Shown: in pieces, positions 41,327-50,683 of the stretch
How positions within the stretch are numbered: the first letter of the stretch is position 1
How the letters are laid out: each line of letters opens with the position of its first letter
IMG/VR virus record: IMGVR_UViG_3300028886_000001
DNA: 64,000 nucleotides
Direction: 5' to 3' (one strand)
Source: a virus
Lineage: Duplodnaviria > Caudoviricetes
The notes under the pieces: generated by a model
What the model was told of the DNA's origin: nothing
Database searches by the model: none
What the model saw: only the letters and a program-made list of their open reading frames with translations
Position numbers and translations under genes: made by a program

Positions 41327-41743
41327 TTATAGATTGTTCCATAATTTATCTATATACTCTGTTGTTATAACAAATTTCGGATTAGATATCAAAATATCTA
41401 AATTTACTTTACTATTAAAATACATAATAAATGAATTTTGTTTATATATTATCTGTTTTACCCCTGTAATACCACCAGTAGAATCTATTAGAGTTACATC
41501 TACATCTTGTATTCCCATATTGTGTTCTACTGTGCATTGATATAATGCATCTATACTTTTATCTGTATTAGATGTCCAATCTGCAATTTTAACTGACTTA
41601 GATATACTAGGTATATTTTCATTAGAAGTTAATTTCTTTAAAGATACATCTAAAGTTTCATTTCCATTAACAATATTAGTTGTTGATGTCTTTGGGTATA
41701 TCTCTTCTTTTTGATCGTTTCTTAATATAACTCTTTTTGCCAT
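41327..41743 (-). CDS. Small fibre-associated protein
   Basis: IYPKT N-terminal motif, TVEHNMG..DVDVTL.D motif. Confidence 0.6.
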   Translation of the reverse strand: MAKRVILRNDQKEEIYPKTSTTNIVNGNETLDVSLKKLTSNENIPSISKSVKIADWTSNTDKSIDALYQCTVEHNMGIQDVDVTLIDSTGGITGVKQIIYKQNSFIMYFNSKVNLDILISNPKFVITTEYIDKLWNNL

Positions 41744-41768
41744 ATTGCATTACCTCCTTTATAATATA

Positions 41769-44700
41769 TTAAGACCATTCATTGGTATTAAGTGTATTAA
41801 AATATGCTTTATTCTTTGGTCCATCCATCTCCATTGGATTTAGAGACATTGGAGTAAAGAAGTAAGCAAAGTTTTGTGCGAAGTATTCTGTAATATTTTG
41901 TAAGAAATAAGTATCATCTGAGAATATAGTAGAATAATCTGATTTAGCATTATATATTGCTTTATAATCATCTCTTTCTGATATCATTCCTCCTAAGTAC
42001 CTTCCATAATATTTATCTATAGCATGCCCTATTTCGTGTATAGTAGTTTGAGGCTTAATACTGTTACAAGTTAGATATATTTCATTTCTAGCATAATAAG
42101 TTATACCTCCCATATCATCCGTTATAGATGTACTACTATCTACTTTATTCTTTACGAATGTAGATAGTTTTATAGATGATGGTACAAATGTGATTATATA
42201 GTTATCTGTATACAAGTAATTTATTAATTTCAATGGTAATTTCTCAGATATAATCTTCTTTCTTTCGTCTATTACAGATTTATCATTGTCTGTAAGAGAT
42301 GAATCATCAGAAGTTCTTATAAAGTTATTTACATAGAAATCTCTTAAATTACTATATGATATATTATTTACCTTTATTACTTTCTCTATTACAATATTAT
42401 CCTTTGTAATAAGTAAGAACTTATAAGTTCCATTCTTTCTTACAATGTAAGTGAATTCATTATAACCAGTAAAAGTATTACTATTATTATCTGGTGTAAT
42501 AATCATAGATAGATTATTATTAAAAGCTCTGATATTTAAAGTTATTACACTATCTTGATTTATTTCTATAGAGCTAGCTATAATCTCTATACCATTATTT
42601 TCATCTATTTCTACTAGATTAGATGAGAAATTTATTCTAGATGTACTATCTTTTATACTAGATATATTACAGCTATACAAATTTGCAGTATTGTTTATAG
42701 TAGTTTGTAGAGCATATACTCTTGTAGATACTATATTTACATTAGGAGTAAGATTAGAATCATCAGATGGGGATACTATATCTCCATAAGTATTATTTAA
42801 TAACCTCCAGTTATGAGAGTTTCCTAAATATATCTCTGAACTTATTTCCATACTATTATTATTCACATAATGACAGTCTGTTATATATCTATAATCCATC
42901 GTGTCATTGAATACATTGTATAATTTAATATTATTGGTATGTTGTCCATTATCATTAATGAAAAGTGTATTCTTATATGGATATAAGAATTGTAATATAG
43001 TATAATCTCTATTAGAAGCTCCTCCTAATATATGGATATTTATACCATCTGATATTACTGCTCCATTATAAGTATTAATATCTATATCAGATATATCTGT
43101 AAATACATTATCTTTAATATCGTATACACATACTTTATTAGTAGATTCTTTTCCTCCTACTATATATATACTATCATGTATTCTTGCTACTCCACTAAAA
43201 TAAAAATTATATGGTATTTGTCCTATATTAGTATAAGTATCTTTATCTGTATTATATCTATATGCATAATTCTTAGTACCACTATTAGAACCAAATATGT
43301 ATATATACTTGCCATAAGTACATGTAGCACATCCAGTTCCAGAGAAAGGCATATTAGATACTTTACTATATGAATCTAATATAGTATCATATTTATAAAC
43401 AACATGGTTTTCATTATCATCTGAATTTAGATCAGTACATCCGAATATATAGATATCGGAGCCTACTGCTGAAGCAGATACAAATGATATTTGCTGTGGA
43501 ATAGTAGCTAGCTTAGTAAATTTATTAGTAGATGTATTATATTTATAAGCTACATCACCATCATCAGAATTAAAGCTTCCAAACATGTAGATACAGTCTC
43601 TTATAGTAGTAACTGCACTTCTAAATACATGCATTGGTAAATCATCTAGTTTAATATATTTATAATTATCATAATCATATTTATAGAAGTTCTTACTTAC
43701 ATTTGCAGAAGTACTTCCTCCCATTATATACATATAACCATCTATATATGCTGCAGAGCCTTTAGACATATCATAAGGAACACCAAGTTGACTCTCTAAT
43801 GTATAAGAATTTAATTCCAATTTATATGCATATTTACTATCATCTGGTCCACTAAATATATAGATATTTCTTCCAGAATATACTGCCAATCCATCATAGA
43901 AATTATATGGAACATTCTTTAATCTACAAAAGTTATTACCTTCAATATCATATTTATATACACATGATGGCAATGAATCACTTCCTAATAGATATATATT
44001 ATTATTGCCATCTACTATAGAAGTACCAGTAAAACATATAGGAGTTTCCTTTACCAATGTATAAGAGTTATTAGCTATGTCATATTCATATATATTATTG
44101 ACAGATGAACCATCTGACTTTGATACTATATATATTACACCATTACATGCAATAGCTCCATTATACATACATCCACCAGGAGCAGATGTTATCTTAGTCA
44201 TAGATTCATTCTTTACATCATATCTATATGATTTGCCACCAGAAGTAGCATTGAATATATAGATATAGTCATTATATACGCATAGTACTGATGATGTATC
44301 TATTCTTATATCATCAAATGCTACTTTTAAATTATATGTATCATTATAATATTTATAATCATATACATATGTACTAGTATCATTAGTACCAAATATATAT
44401 GTAGTTCCATTATAATATATTATTCTTTTATAAGTAGCCATTGAAGGAAAGTTTGTAAGTGCTTTATAATTATCAGATGATGTATTGTATAAATAAGCAC
44501 TAGTTATACAATCATCAGAATCATTCTTAAATAAAATAAATCCATCTCCAACATTACATATTCCCCCATTAGTATATGATATTGGACAATCGTGTATTCT
44601 AATATATTTATCTCTAGATGGAACACCATTAACAATTTGATCTACTTTACTATTAGTCTTAATCCATACACCATCTAATGTACTTGGTAAACTATTTGAA

Positions 44701-45077
44701 GCAAATACGTTTAAACCTGTAGCATTAGATTTAAGTATAAAAAAAGAGTTACCTATCCTCACCAATTGTATAGGTATGCCAGCTTTTATGTCGCCACTTT
44801 TTGCTGCTTTACCATTTATTAAAATACTACTACTACCTAAATTATTTATATTAAGCGTAGGATTATATCCACAGTCTTTATGTGGATTGATTATTATTAT
44901 AAGACCATCTTTGTATTCTGTAATATTAGGTAATGATACTGTATAAGCTAATTCTGAACCAGAAGTTATAGCATATGGGACTCCAGTATCACTTGTGACA
45001 TCTATATTTTCTACTTTTGTATCTATCGATTTTATCTTAGATAAAATTGTACTTACGGCATCTGTTGTGATTTGCAT
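41769..45077 (-). CDS. Fibre-anchored double Kelch propeller protein with C-terminal ATLF/PPEP-like zinc metallopeptidase
   Basis: Fibre domain (AYTV...Y.DG...PTLNINNLG), about 12 Kelch blades, HEIGHAID at 42024-42038 and downstream EYFAQNFAYFF. Confidence 0.75.
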   Translation of the reverse strand: MQITTDAVSTILSKIKSIDTKVENIDVTSDTGVPYAITSGSELAYTVSLPNITEYKDGLIIIINPHKDCGYNPTLNINNLGSSSILINGKAAKSGDIKAGIPIQLVRIGNSFFILKSNATGLNVFASNSLPSTLDGVWIKTNSKVDQIVNGVPSRDKYIRIHDCPISYTNGGICNVGDGFILFKNDSDDCITSAYLYNTSSDNYKALTNFPSMATYKRIIYYNGTTYIFGTNDTSTYVYDYKYYNDTYNLKVAFDDIRIDTSSVLCVYNDYIYIFNATSGGKSYRYDVKNESMTKITSAPGGCMYNGAIACNGVIYIVSKSDGSSVNNIYEYDIANNSYTLVKETPICFTGTSIVDGNNNIYLLGSDSLPSCVYKYDIEGNNFCRLKNVPYNFYDGLAVYSGRNIYIFSGPDDSKYAYKLELNSYTLESQLGVPYDMSKGSAAYIDGYMYIMGGSTSANVSKNFYKYDYDNYKYIKLDDLPMHVFRSAVTTIRDCIYMFGSFNSDDGDVAYKYNTSTNKFTKLATIPQQISFVSASAVGSDIYIFGCTDLNSDDNENHVVYKYDTILDSYSKVSNMPFSGTGCATCTYGKYIYIFGSNSGTKNYAYRYNTDKDTYTNIGQIPYNFYFSGVARIHDSIYIVGGKESTNKVCVYDIKDNVFTDISDIDINTYNGAVISDGINIHILGGASNRDYTILQFLYPYKNTLFINDNGQHTNNIKLYNVFNDTMDYRYITDCHYVNNNSMEISSEIYLGNSHNWRLLNNTYGDIVSPSDDSNLTPNVNIVSTRVYALQTTINNTANLYSCNISSIKDSTSRINFSSNLVEIDENNGIEIIASSIEINQDSVITLNIRAFNNNLSMIITPDNNSNTFTGYNEFTYIVRKNGTYKFLLITKDNIVIEKVIKVNNISYSNLRDFYVNNFIRTSDDSSLTDNDKSVIDERKKIISEKLPLKLINYLYTDNYIITFVPSSIKLSTFVKNKVDSSTSITDDMGGITYYARNEIYLTCNSIKPQTTIHEIGHAIDKYYGRYLGGMISERDDYKAIYNAKSDYSTIFSDDTYFLQNITEYFAQNFAYFFTPMSLNPMEMDGPKNKAYFNTLNTNEWS

Positions 45078-45156
45078 TATAACCACCCCTTTTTTAATTT
45101 AGTTTTATTAAGATGTTCACCCAAATAAAGAAAGAGAATAGCATTAAGCTATTCTC

Positions 45157-47256
45157 TTATAGTTTTACTATATTAGAGTAATTGTTATTATTGTTTATAG
45201 TATATAAACCTATAGAATCTAATGGGAATAATTTAAGATTATCATTTATTATAGTAGTATAATTTATGAAGTTTACTAACCACTTAGGTATTTCTACATT
45301 TCTAGGTACAGCTACTACATCTATACTACTAGTAAATGGTTTATTCTCCATAAGTTTTATACACTTATCTCTTATTTCTGGATCTTCTATTTGATTTATA
45401 TTATTCTTATTAATATCTATCTTTAATATATCTAATCCATTTCTTGCTTCTAAATCTATAGGTTCTAAATCTCCTCTTATTTCATTCCAAACTATAGCAC
45501 CTTTTATACCTTGAATTCTCATTGGGTCTTCATAAGCACCATAGCTTTTAATTCTAGTTGGTTTGTAGAATGTCTTTTCTCCTTTTTGAAGAGATTGATA
45601 TATTTCTTTCTCAAACTTAGATAATTCTTTTAATACCTTTACCTGGTCTACGTAATCACAGTTAAGTACGTCATTATAAAGTATCTCTTCTAATTTTTCA
45701 CGAGTTCGCTTATTAGTCCCACTCTTACGTAGCGGTAATCCTTTAATATCTAATGCTGTTCCTATATTATCTTCTATTATATTACCTTCTTGAAGTTCTT
45801 GTCTAGAAGCATAATTCTTACGAGCATCAGTAAGTAATAATCTCTTAAATTGGAATTCATTCTTCATATATATAAAGCAAGGTTTTTCTTCACTATATGA
45901 GAAACTATGTTTAGTATAATCAATCATATAGTCATTTATAATATTGCCTAAACAATATGCCATTATATTTACTATAGAATATCTTAGTCCTTCATGAGGT
46001 ATTACATGCATAACATCTAATCCTTTTTCTACCTGAACTAATTCATCATTATAGAAATCGTAATCATATTCATCTTCTATTTTACGCATTACTATATTAG
46101 GCTCTATTCTATCTCCGAATTCATCTCTTGCTAATACTTTCCATACTTTTATTTTACCATGTTTTATAGGCATATCTATATTAGCAACTCTATCATACAT
46201 GTATCTAAACCATCCATCAAAGCTAGCAAAAAGACTATCAGTATCAGTTACAATACATGCTTCTCTATACATATTACTATATCTATCCATTCTATCTATT
46301 ATCTGATGACCATAATATACATATTCTTTTAATAAAGAATAGAATTCATTTAAGTCATCTTTAATTTCTGGATTTACATCATTAGGACTTAGGAACGGAG
46401 TATTTAGTTCTTTAAGCATCTTAATGACTAAATTATTAGGAATAGCATTATCTACAAATGAATATAAGTTATTTTTATAGTATAATCTATTAATATCTTC
46501 TTGATGTAATTCACATATTATTTCCCATACTATATATAAATCATCTTCACTTGGTATATATCCATTCCAACCACAATTAATCATTATTTTATAGAAACAT
46601 TCTGCTCTATCTATATCTTCATCTAATACGTTTCTATCATCATATTTTCTATTAGGCTTCTCTTCTATTACATTGTGTATAAAAGTAATAATCTCATCTA
46701 AAGAACCAAATTTGACATTATTACACATAAACATTTCTACCTGTGTAGCCGCAGAAGATATTAAAGATCTTCCTTGTGTAGTAACAGAAGCCGCTACATA
46801 TAAATTATATAATAAACAAGCATAATTTCCGCAAGCACCATATATTCCGTTACAATCTATCTTATCTAGTAATTGCAATAAATTATACTTTTCAAACATC
46901 TCACTACCCTTAGGGTATTTGAACATTTCTTTCTTATGGATATTTCTATTATCCATAAATACACCAATCATTTGTGCTAGAGGATTAGGCACTTCAGCGT
47001 GCTTCTTAAACATAACTCCATATGGAGTTATGATAGGTTCTCTAGACAAAATATAATTAGCTAAATCTAATAGAGTGGTATCTATTCTCTTATCTTTATA
47101 ATTATTATGAATATATGCTGGACCATTCTTCATTCTCTTAATAATAGAATGATCTACAGCATCATTAATTTCTTCATACGTCATATTTGGAAATGACATA
47201 TGAAGCATCGGTAATACAGTTTCTTTATACTTAAGTATAATTTGACTATTATCCAT
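45157..47256 (-). CDS. Split family B DNA polymerase, C-terminal subunit (motifs B and C)
   Basis: Motif B QLLDKIDCNGIYG, SVTTQGR, motif C DTDSLF, KNE, RKNYA, IKGL. Confidence 0.9.
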   Translation of the reverse strand: MDNSQIILKYKETVLPMLHMSFPNMTYEEINDAVDHSIIKRMKNGPAYIHNNYKDKRIDTTLLDLANYILSREPIITPYGVMFKKHAEVPNPLAQMIGVFMDNRNIHKKEMFKYPKGSEMFEKYNLLQLLDKIDCNGIYGACGNYACLLYNLYVAASVTTQGRSLISSAATQVEMFMCNNVKFGSLDEIITFIHNVIEEKPNRKYDDRNVLDEDIDRAECFYKIMINCGWNGYIPSEDDLYIVWEIICELHQEDINRLYYKNNLYSFVDNAIPNNLVIKMLKELNTPFLSPNDVNPEIKDDLNEFYSLLKEYVYYGHQIIDRMDRYSNMYREACIVTDTDSLFASFDGWFRYMYDRVANIDMPIKHGKIKVWKVLARDEFGDRIEPNIVMRKIEDEYDYDFYNDELVQVEKGLDVMHVIPHEGLRYSIVNIMAYCLGNIINDYMIDYTKHSFSYSEEKPCFIYMKNEFQFKRLLLTDARKNYASRQELQEGNIIEDNIGTALDIKGLPLRKSGTNKRTREKLEEILYNDVLNCDYVDQVKVLKELSKFEKEIYQSLQKGEKTFYKPTRIKSYGAYEDPMRIQGIKGAIVWNEIRGDLEPIDLEARNGLDILKIDINKNNINQIEDPEIRDKCIKLMENKPFTSSIDVVAVPRNVEIPKWLVNFINYTTIINDNLKLFPLDSIGLYTINNNNNYSNIVKL

Positions 47257-47385
47257 ATTAAATAATCACTCTCCTTTAATATTCTTAATCATACCTATTT
47301 ACGTATATATAGATACATATATTTGTTATAGATAGAGTATTTTTATAAAAGAGTAACTTTAGAGTATATAAAGGAGGTAAGTATT

Positions 47386-47610
47386 ATGAATGCTATATTA
47401 GATTTTTTATTACAATACTTCTCTAAAGAAGAAATACTATGTGCTATAGGTGTATTTGCTTGTGGGTTGAGTTATAAATTAGGAAGATTAGATGAAGAAA
47501 AGAAATTAAGAAAGTTAATAAGTAAATACATACATGCAAAGAAGTTTATATATGACAACAAGATATATGATATATCAAAAGGGAGGGAACTAAATGAAAA
47601 AAAAGAATAA
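47386..47610 (+). CDS. Small membrane-associated hypothetical protein
   Basis: SD AAGGAGG, short hydrophobic segment, AACT-N6-TA at 47355. Confidence 0.6.
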   Translation: MNAILDFLLQYFSKEEILCAIGVFACGLSYKLGRLDEEKKLRKLISKYIHAKKFIYDNKIYDISKGRELNEKKE

Positions 47611-48157
47611 TAAACCATTATTAGTTTTAATAGCAGGAAAATCAGGTTCGGGAAAAGATTATGTAACTAATATCATAATAGATCATCTTAAACAATATAT
47701 GCTAGATGAATCTGAATATAAAAGATTAAGAAAAGTTAAATCAAGAACAACTAGACCTAGAAGATATCCAGAAGAAGATACACATGTATTTGTAGATTTT
47801 ACTACAGCTAGTAAAGAAATAGGAAGTGCTTTAGCATATACACATTTCCATGATAATTATTATTATGCTACAGTAGATGATACAGATAAAGCAATGTTTT
47901 ATATAATAGATAAAGATGGTATAGAATATTTTAAGACTACGGAATGGTATGATAGATATAATGTATTATCAGTAGAAATTACATGTCCAGCATTATTAAG
48001 ACTTAAAAGAATGATTAAGAGAGATGGACTATTTAAATCAGTATCTAGATTTATAAATGATATAAAAGCTTTTAAAGGATTAAAGACAGATATAAAGATG
48101 TCATATAAACAAGCTAAGAGTTATCTAATATTTGAAATACTCGATAAATTATTATAA
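47594..48157 (+). CDS. gmk: Guanylate kinase-like protein
   Basis: P-loop GKSGSGKD, SRTTRPRR..E...H.FV, YYY, ID..G. Confidence 0.8.
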   Translation: MKKKNNKPLLVLIAGKSGSGKDYVTNIIIDHLKQYMLDESEYKRLRKVKSRTTRPRRYPEEDTHVFVDFTTASKEIGSALAYTHFHDNYYYATVDDTDKAMFYIIDKDGIEYFKTTEWYDRYNVLSVEITCPALLRLKRMIKRDGLFKSVSRFINDIKAFKGLKTDIKMSYKQAKSYLIFEILDKLL

Positions 48158-48235
48158 GAAAGTTTAAAAAGCTTTCTTATATTTTCTGCGTCGCAACATC
48201 TAATTAGAAATCAATTTAAGGAGGAATGATTAAAT

Positions 48236-49810
48236 ATGGTAGGAAAAAGAATAAACAATCTGCCTAGTGTATCAGACTATACAGATGAAGATTATCTTAT
48301 TGTAGAACAAGAATCAGGTACTAGAAAAGGTACTTTTAAACAAGTTACAGATACAATAGTAAAGAAGCTAGCTGAAGATGATACTTTATCTTCAAATTTA
48401 ATAACTTCTTCAGGAGCATTATCAGCATTGGGTAATGCTAATGGTAAACCTATGAGTGGTTCATTCTATATCGATAATGGATATAAGCTAATAGCTCCTG
48501 CTTATGATAATGCTAATAATAGAGTAGAAAATACAGAAAGTGCTTATATTCCTACATTAATAGATATACATTATAATTATCAAAGTAATTATACAGCAGC
48601 TAGATATCCTAACTTTTGGACTATAGGTAATACGGATTTAGATCTTAATATAAATGCTAAAGATAATACATATATATCTAGCAATGTTAAATGTGATGGT
48701 AATTTAGACGTATGTGGTGGTACTCTTAAATTAAACTGTAAAACTAATGGATCTAATAATATAACAGGTGTAGACTTCTTCGCCAATCAATTCAACTTCT
48801 TATCTAATGTAAAGAATGGTAGAATGAACGAAATACATTTAGGTGATGCTAATGCTAAACTAAACGTATATTCAATGGAAGAACCTACATTCTATGATTC
48901 AAGTAAGATGCAAACATATAAATTCTTAACAGAAGGAAATATTGCTAATACAAGAATTAATGGAATTTGGCTTAATGAATTAGGTGGAGCTATATATGGA
49001 GGAACTAATACTGGTTCTGACGGCTCTTCTATAGTACCATTATATAAAATACTAGAAGTAGCAAACAATGGAGTTATAACTTTAGGTAGCTCTCAATACA
49101 ATACTCTTAATATTAATTGTAGAGCTACTATGCTTGGAAAAGAGTTAGTTACTAAAGATCAACTAAGTAATTTACCAGGAGGAAGTTCTAATATAATAAC
49201 TATAACTGGTGATGATGCTCATATTGCTTTAGGTGAAGATGCTTATATTTCTACTACTGCTATTGATGGAGCTGGAACTCTATTACAATATAGATCTGGA
49301 GTATTACATGTTGGAGCTTCAAGTAAAGAACTTCAATTAGATTGTACAACAGCGAGAGTTAATAGTGGAACTATATTAACTCAATATAACTATGCTGCTT
49401 ACATAAATTCTGATGTGACTTATGTTGCGGGTACTTATAATCCAGGTTCATCAGGATTGACATTAGATAGCTATAATGCTAATAACTGCTTAACTAAGTC
49501 TAATGATTTCTCTGGAGATGCATTTACATTTAAACCACCTGTTGCTGGTATATATGAAATATCAATGTCAACATCATCAGCTGGTGAAACTTCACCTAAA
49601 GTAGTAGAATATAGTGTTGGTTCTAGTCTTAATTCTGCTTCAAGAATTATATTAGCTACAGTAGGAAATACTAGTGATACTACATATCATCAATTATCAG
49701 GTAAAGCAATAATTAAATGCACTAGTACATCAGATACTACACATATACTAGAACCTAATCCTTCTACTGCTGCTGTAACAATAGTTATTAAATTATTAAA
49801 GAGACTTTAA
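48236..49810 (+). CDS. Tail fibre / receptor-binding protein B
   Basis: N-terminal KRINNLP...D.D.LIVEQ..GTRK anchor. Shares two DNA blocks with fibre A. Late promoter at 48195. Confidence 0.7.
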   Translation: MVGKRINNLPSVSDYTDEDYLIVEQESGTRKGTFKQVTDTIVKKLAEDDTLSSNLITSSGALSALGNANGKPMSGSFYIDNGYKLIAPAYDNANNRVENTESAYIPTLIDIHYNYQSNYTAARYPNFWTIGNTDLDLNINAKDNTYISSNVKCDGNLDVCGGTLKLNCKTNGSNNITGVDFFANQFNFLSNVKNGRMNEIHLGDANAKLNVYSMEEPTFYDSSKMQTYKFLTEGNIANTRINGIWLNELGGAIYGGTNTGSDGSSIVPLYKILEVANNGVITLGSSQYNTLNINCRATMLGKELVTKDQLSNLPGGSSNIITITGDDAHIALGEDAYISTTAIDGAGTLLQYRSGVLHVGASSKELQLDCTTARVNSGTILTQYNYAAYINSDVTYVAGTYNPGSSGLTLDSYNANNCLTKSNDFSGDAFTFKPPVAGIYEISMSTSSAGETSPKVVEYSVGSSLNSASRIILATVGNTSDTTYHQLSGKAIIKCTSTSDTTHILEPNPSTAAVTIVIKLLKRL

Positions 49811-49826
49811 TAAGGGAGGGATATAA

Positions 49827-50411
49827 ATGAAATACATTCGTAATGGATCATTTGGAGAATATTCAGTAATAAATCAAAAGGTTGATTTAGATAATATACA
49901 TTCTTTCTGTATATTAAAGACTCAATCAGATGATATAGTAAATAAATTACAATCAGATAATTATGTACTTAATATGGCATTCTTCAATGAAGAAAAACAT
50001 AGATTAGAAGATAAGGCATTTGAAATGTATTGTAAGACTAATCCATTACCAGAAATTACTGAACCAGTATATTCTTCTTATACAGAAATAGTAGACGAAG
50101 AAGGTAATACTATAAAGCAAGGTAGTGGAGATATAATCTTGGGCATAGAAGACTTAAAGATTAATAGAAGGTATGAGATAATATTAAATAAAATACTACC
50201 TACATTAGAAATAGAATTAACTAATGATAATTTCTCTAAGTTCTTTACTGAAAAAGAAAAGACTGAGTTTCAAGTTTTAAAAGAACAATTTGAAAATGAA
50301 GTAAAGACTAGAAAAGATTTAGAGAGCAAACTTGCAGAAGAAAAACAATATAGAGAATCATTAGAAGAAGCTGTTGCCGAATTATCAGTTCAACTATCTA
50401 GTGTAGAATAA
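49827..50411 (+). CDS. Probable tail fibre assembly / chaperone protein
   Basis: Follows the fibre gene. C-terminal coiled coil ending LEEAVAELS and followed by a CD1375-like gene. Confidence 0.5.
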   Translation: MKYIRNGSFGEYSVINQKVDLDNIHSFCILKTQSDDIVNKLQSDNYVLNMAFFNEEKHRLEDKAFEMYCKTNPLPEITEPVYSSYTEIVDEEGNTIKQGSGDIILGIEDLKINRRYEIILNKILPTLEIELTNDNFSKFFTEKEKTEFQVLKEQFENEVKTRKDLESKLAEEKQYRESLEEAVAELSVQLSSVE

Positions 50412-50432
50412 TTATGAAGGAGGAATATTCAT

Positions 50433-50591
50433 ATGGTAAATTTATATGTAAGAATGATTAAAGAAGGAAGATGGAATCTAAATAAAGTTCCAAATAAATT
50501 CGGATGGTATGATGCTGTTAAAGCTAAACTAGAAGAAGAAGGTTATACAATAAACGAAGATGGTACTGTTACAGCACCAGAACAAGCATAA
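50433..50591 (+). CDS. CD1375/XkdX-like small protein (52 aa), not in the ORF track
   Basis: SD AAGGAGG. MVNLYVRMIKEGRWNLNKVPNKFGWYDAVKAKLEEEGY... Confidence 0.75.
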   Translation: MVNLYVRMIKEGRWNLNKVPNKFGWYDAVKAKLEEEGYTINEDGTVTAPEQA

Positions 50592-50602
50592 TAATTAAAA
50601 AT

Positions 50603-50635
50603 AAAGGCTATAGGGTTATCCTATAGCCTTTTCTT
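50603..50635 (+). terminator. Intrinsic terminator
   Basis: AAAGGCTATAGG-loop-CCTATAGCCTTT. Confidence 0.75.
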
Positions 50636-50683
50636 ATTGTTCAACATTTAAATAAAATTATTAATAAAGGAGTGTGAATATAA

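Noticed and set aside
37325-49394. Diversity-generating retroelement (template and variable repeats) between the fibre genes
   Set aside because: No reverse transcriptase in the window, both copies are inside coding genes, and the mismatches are not confined to adenines.
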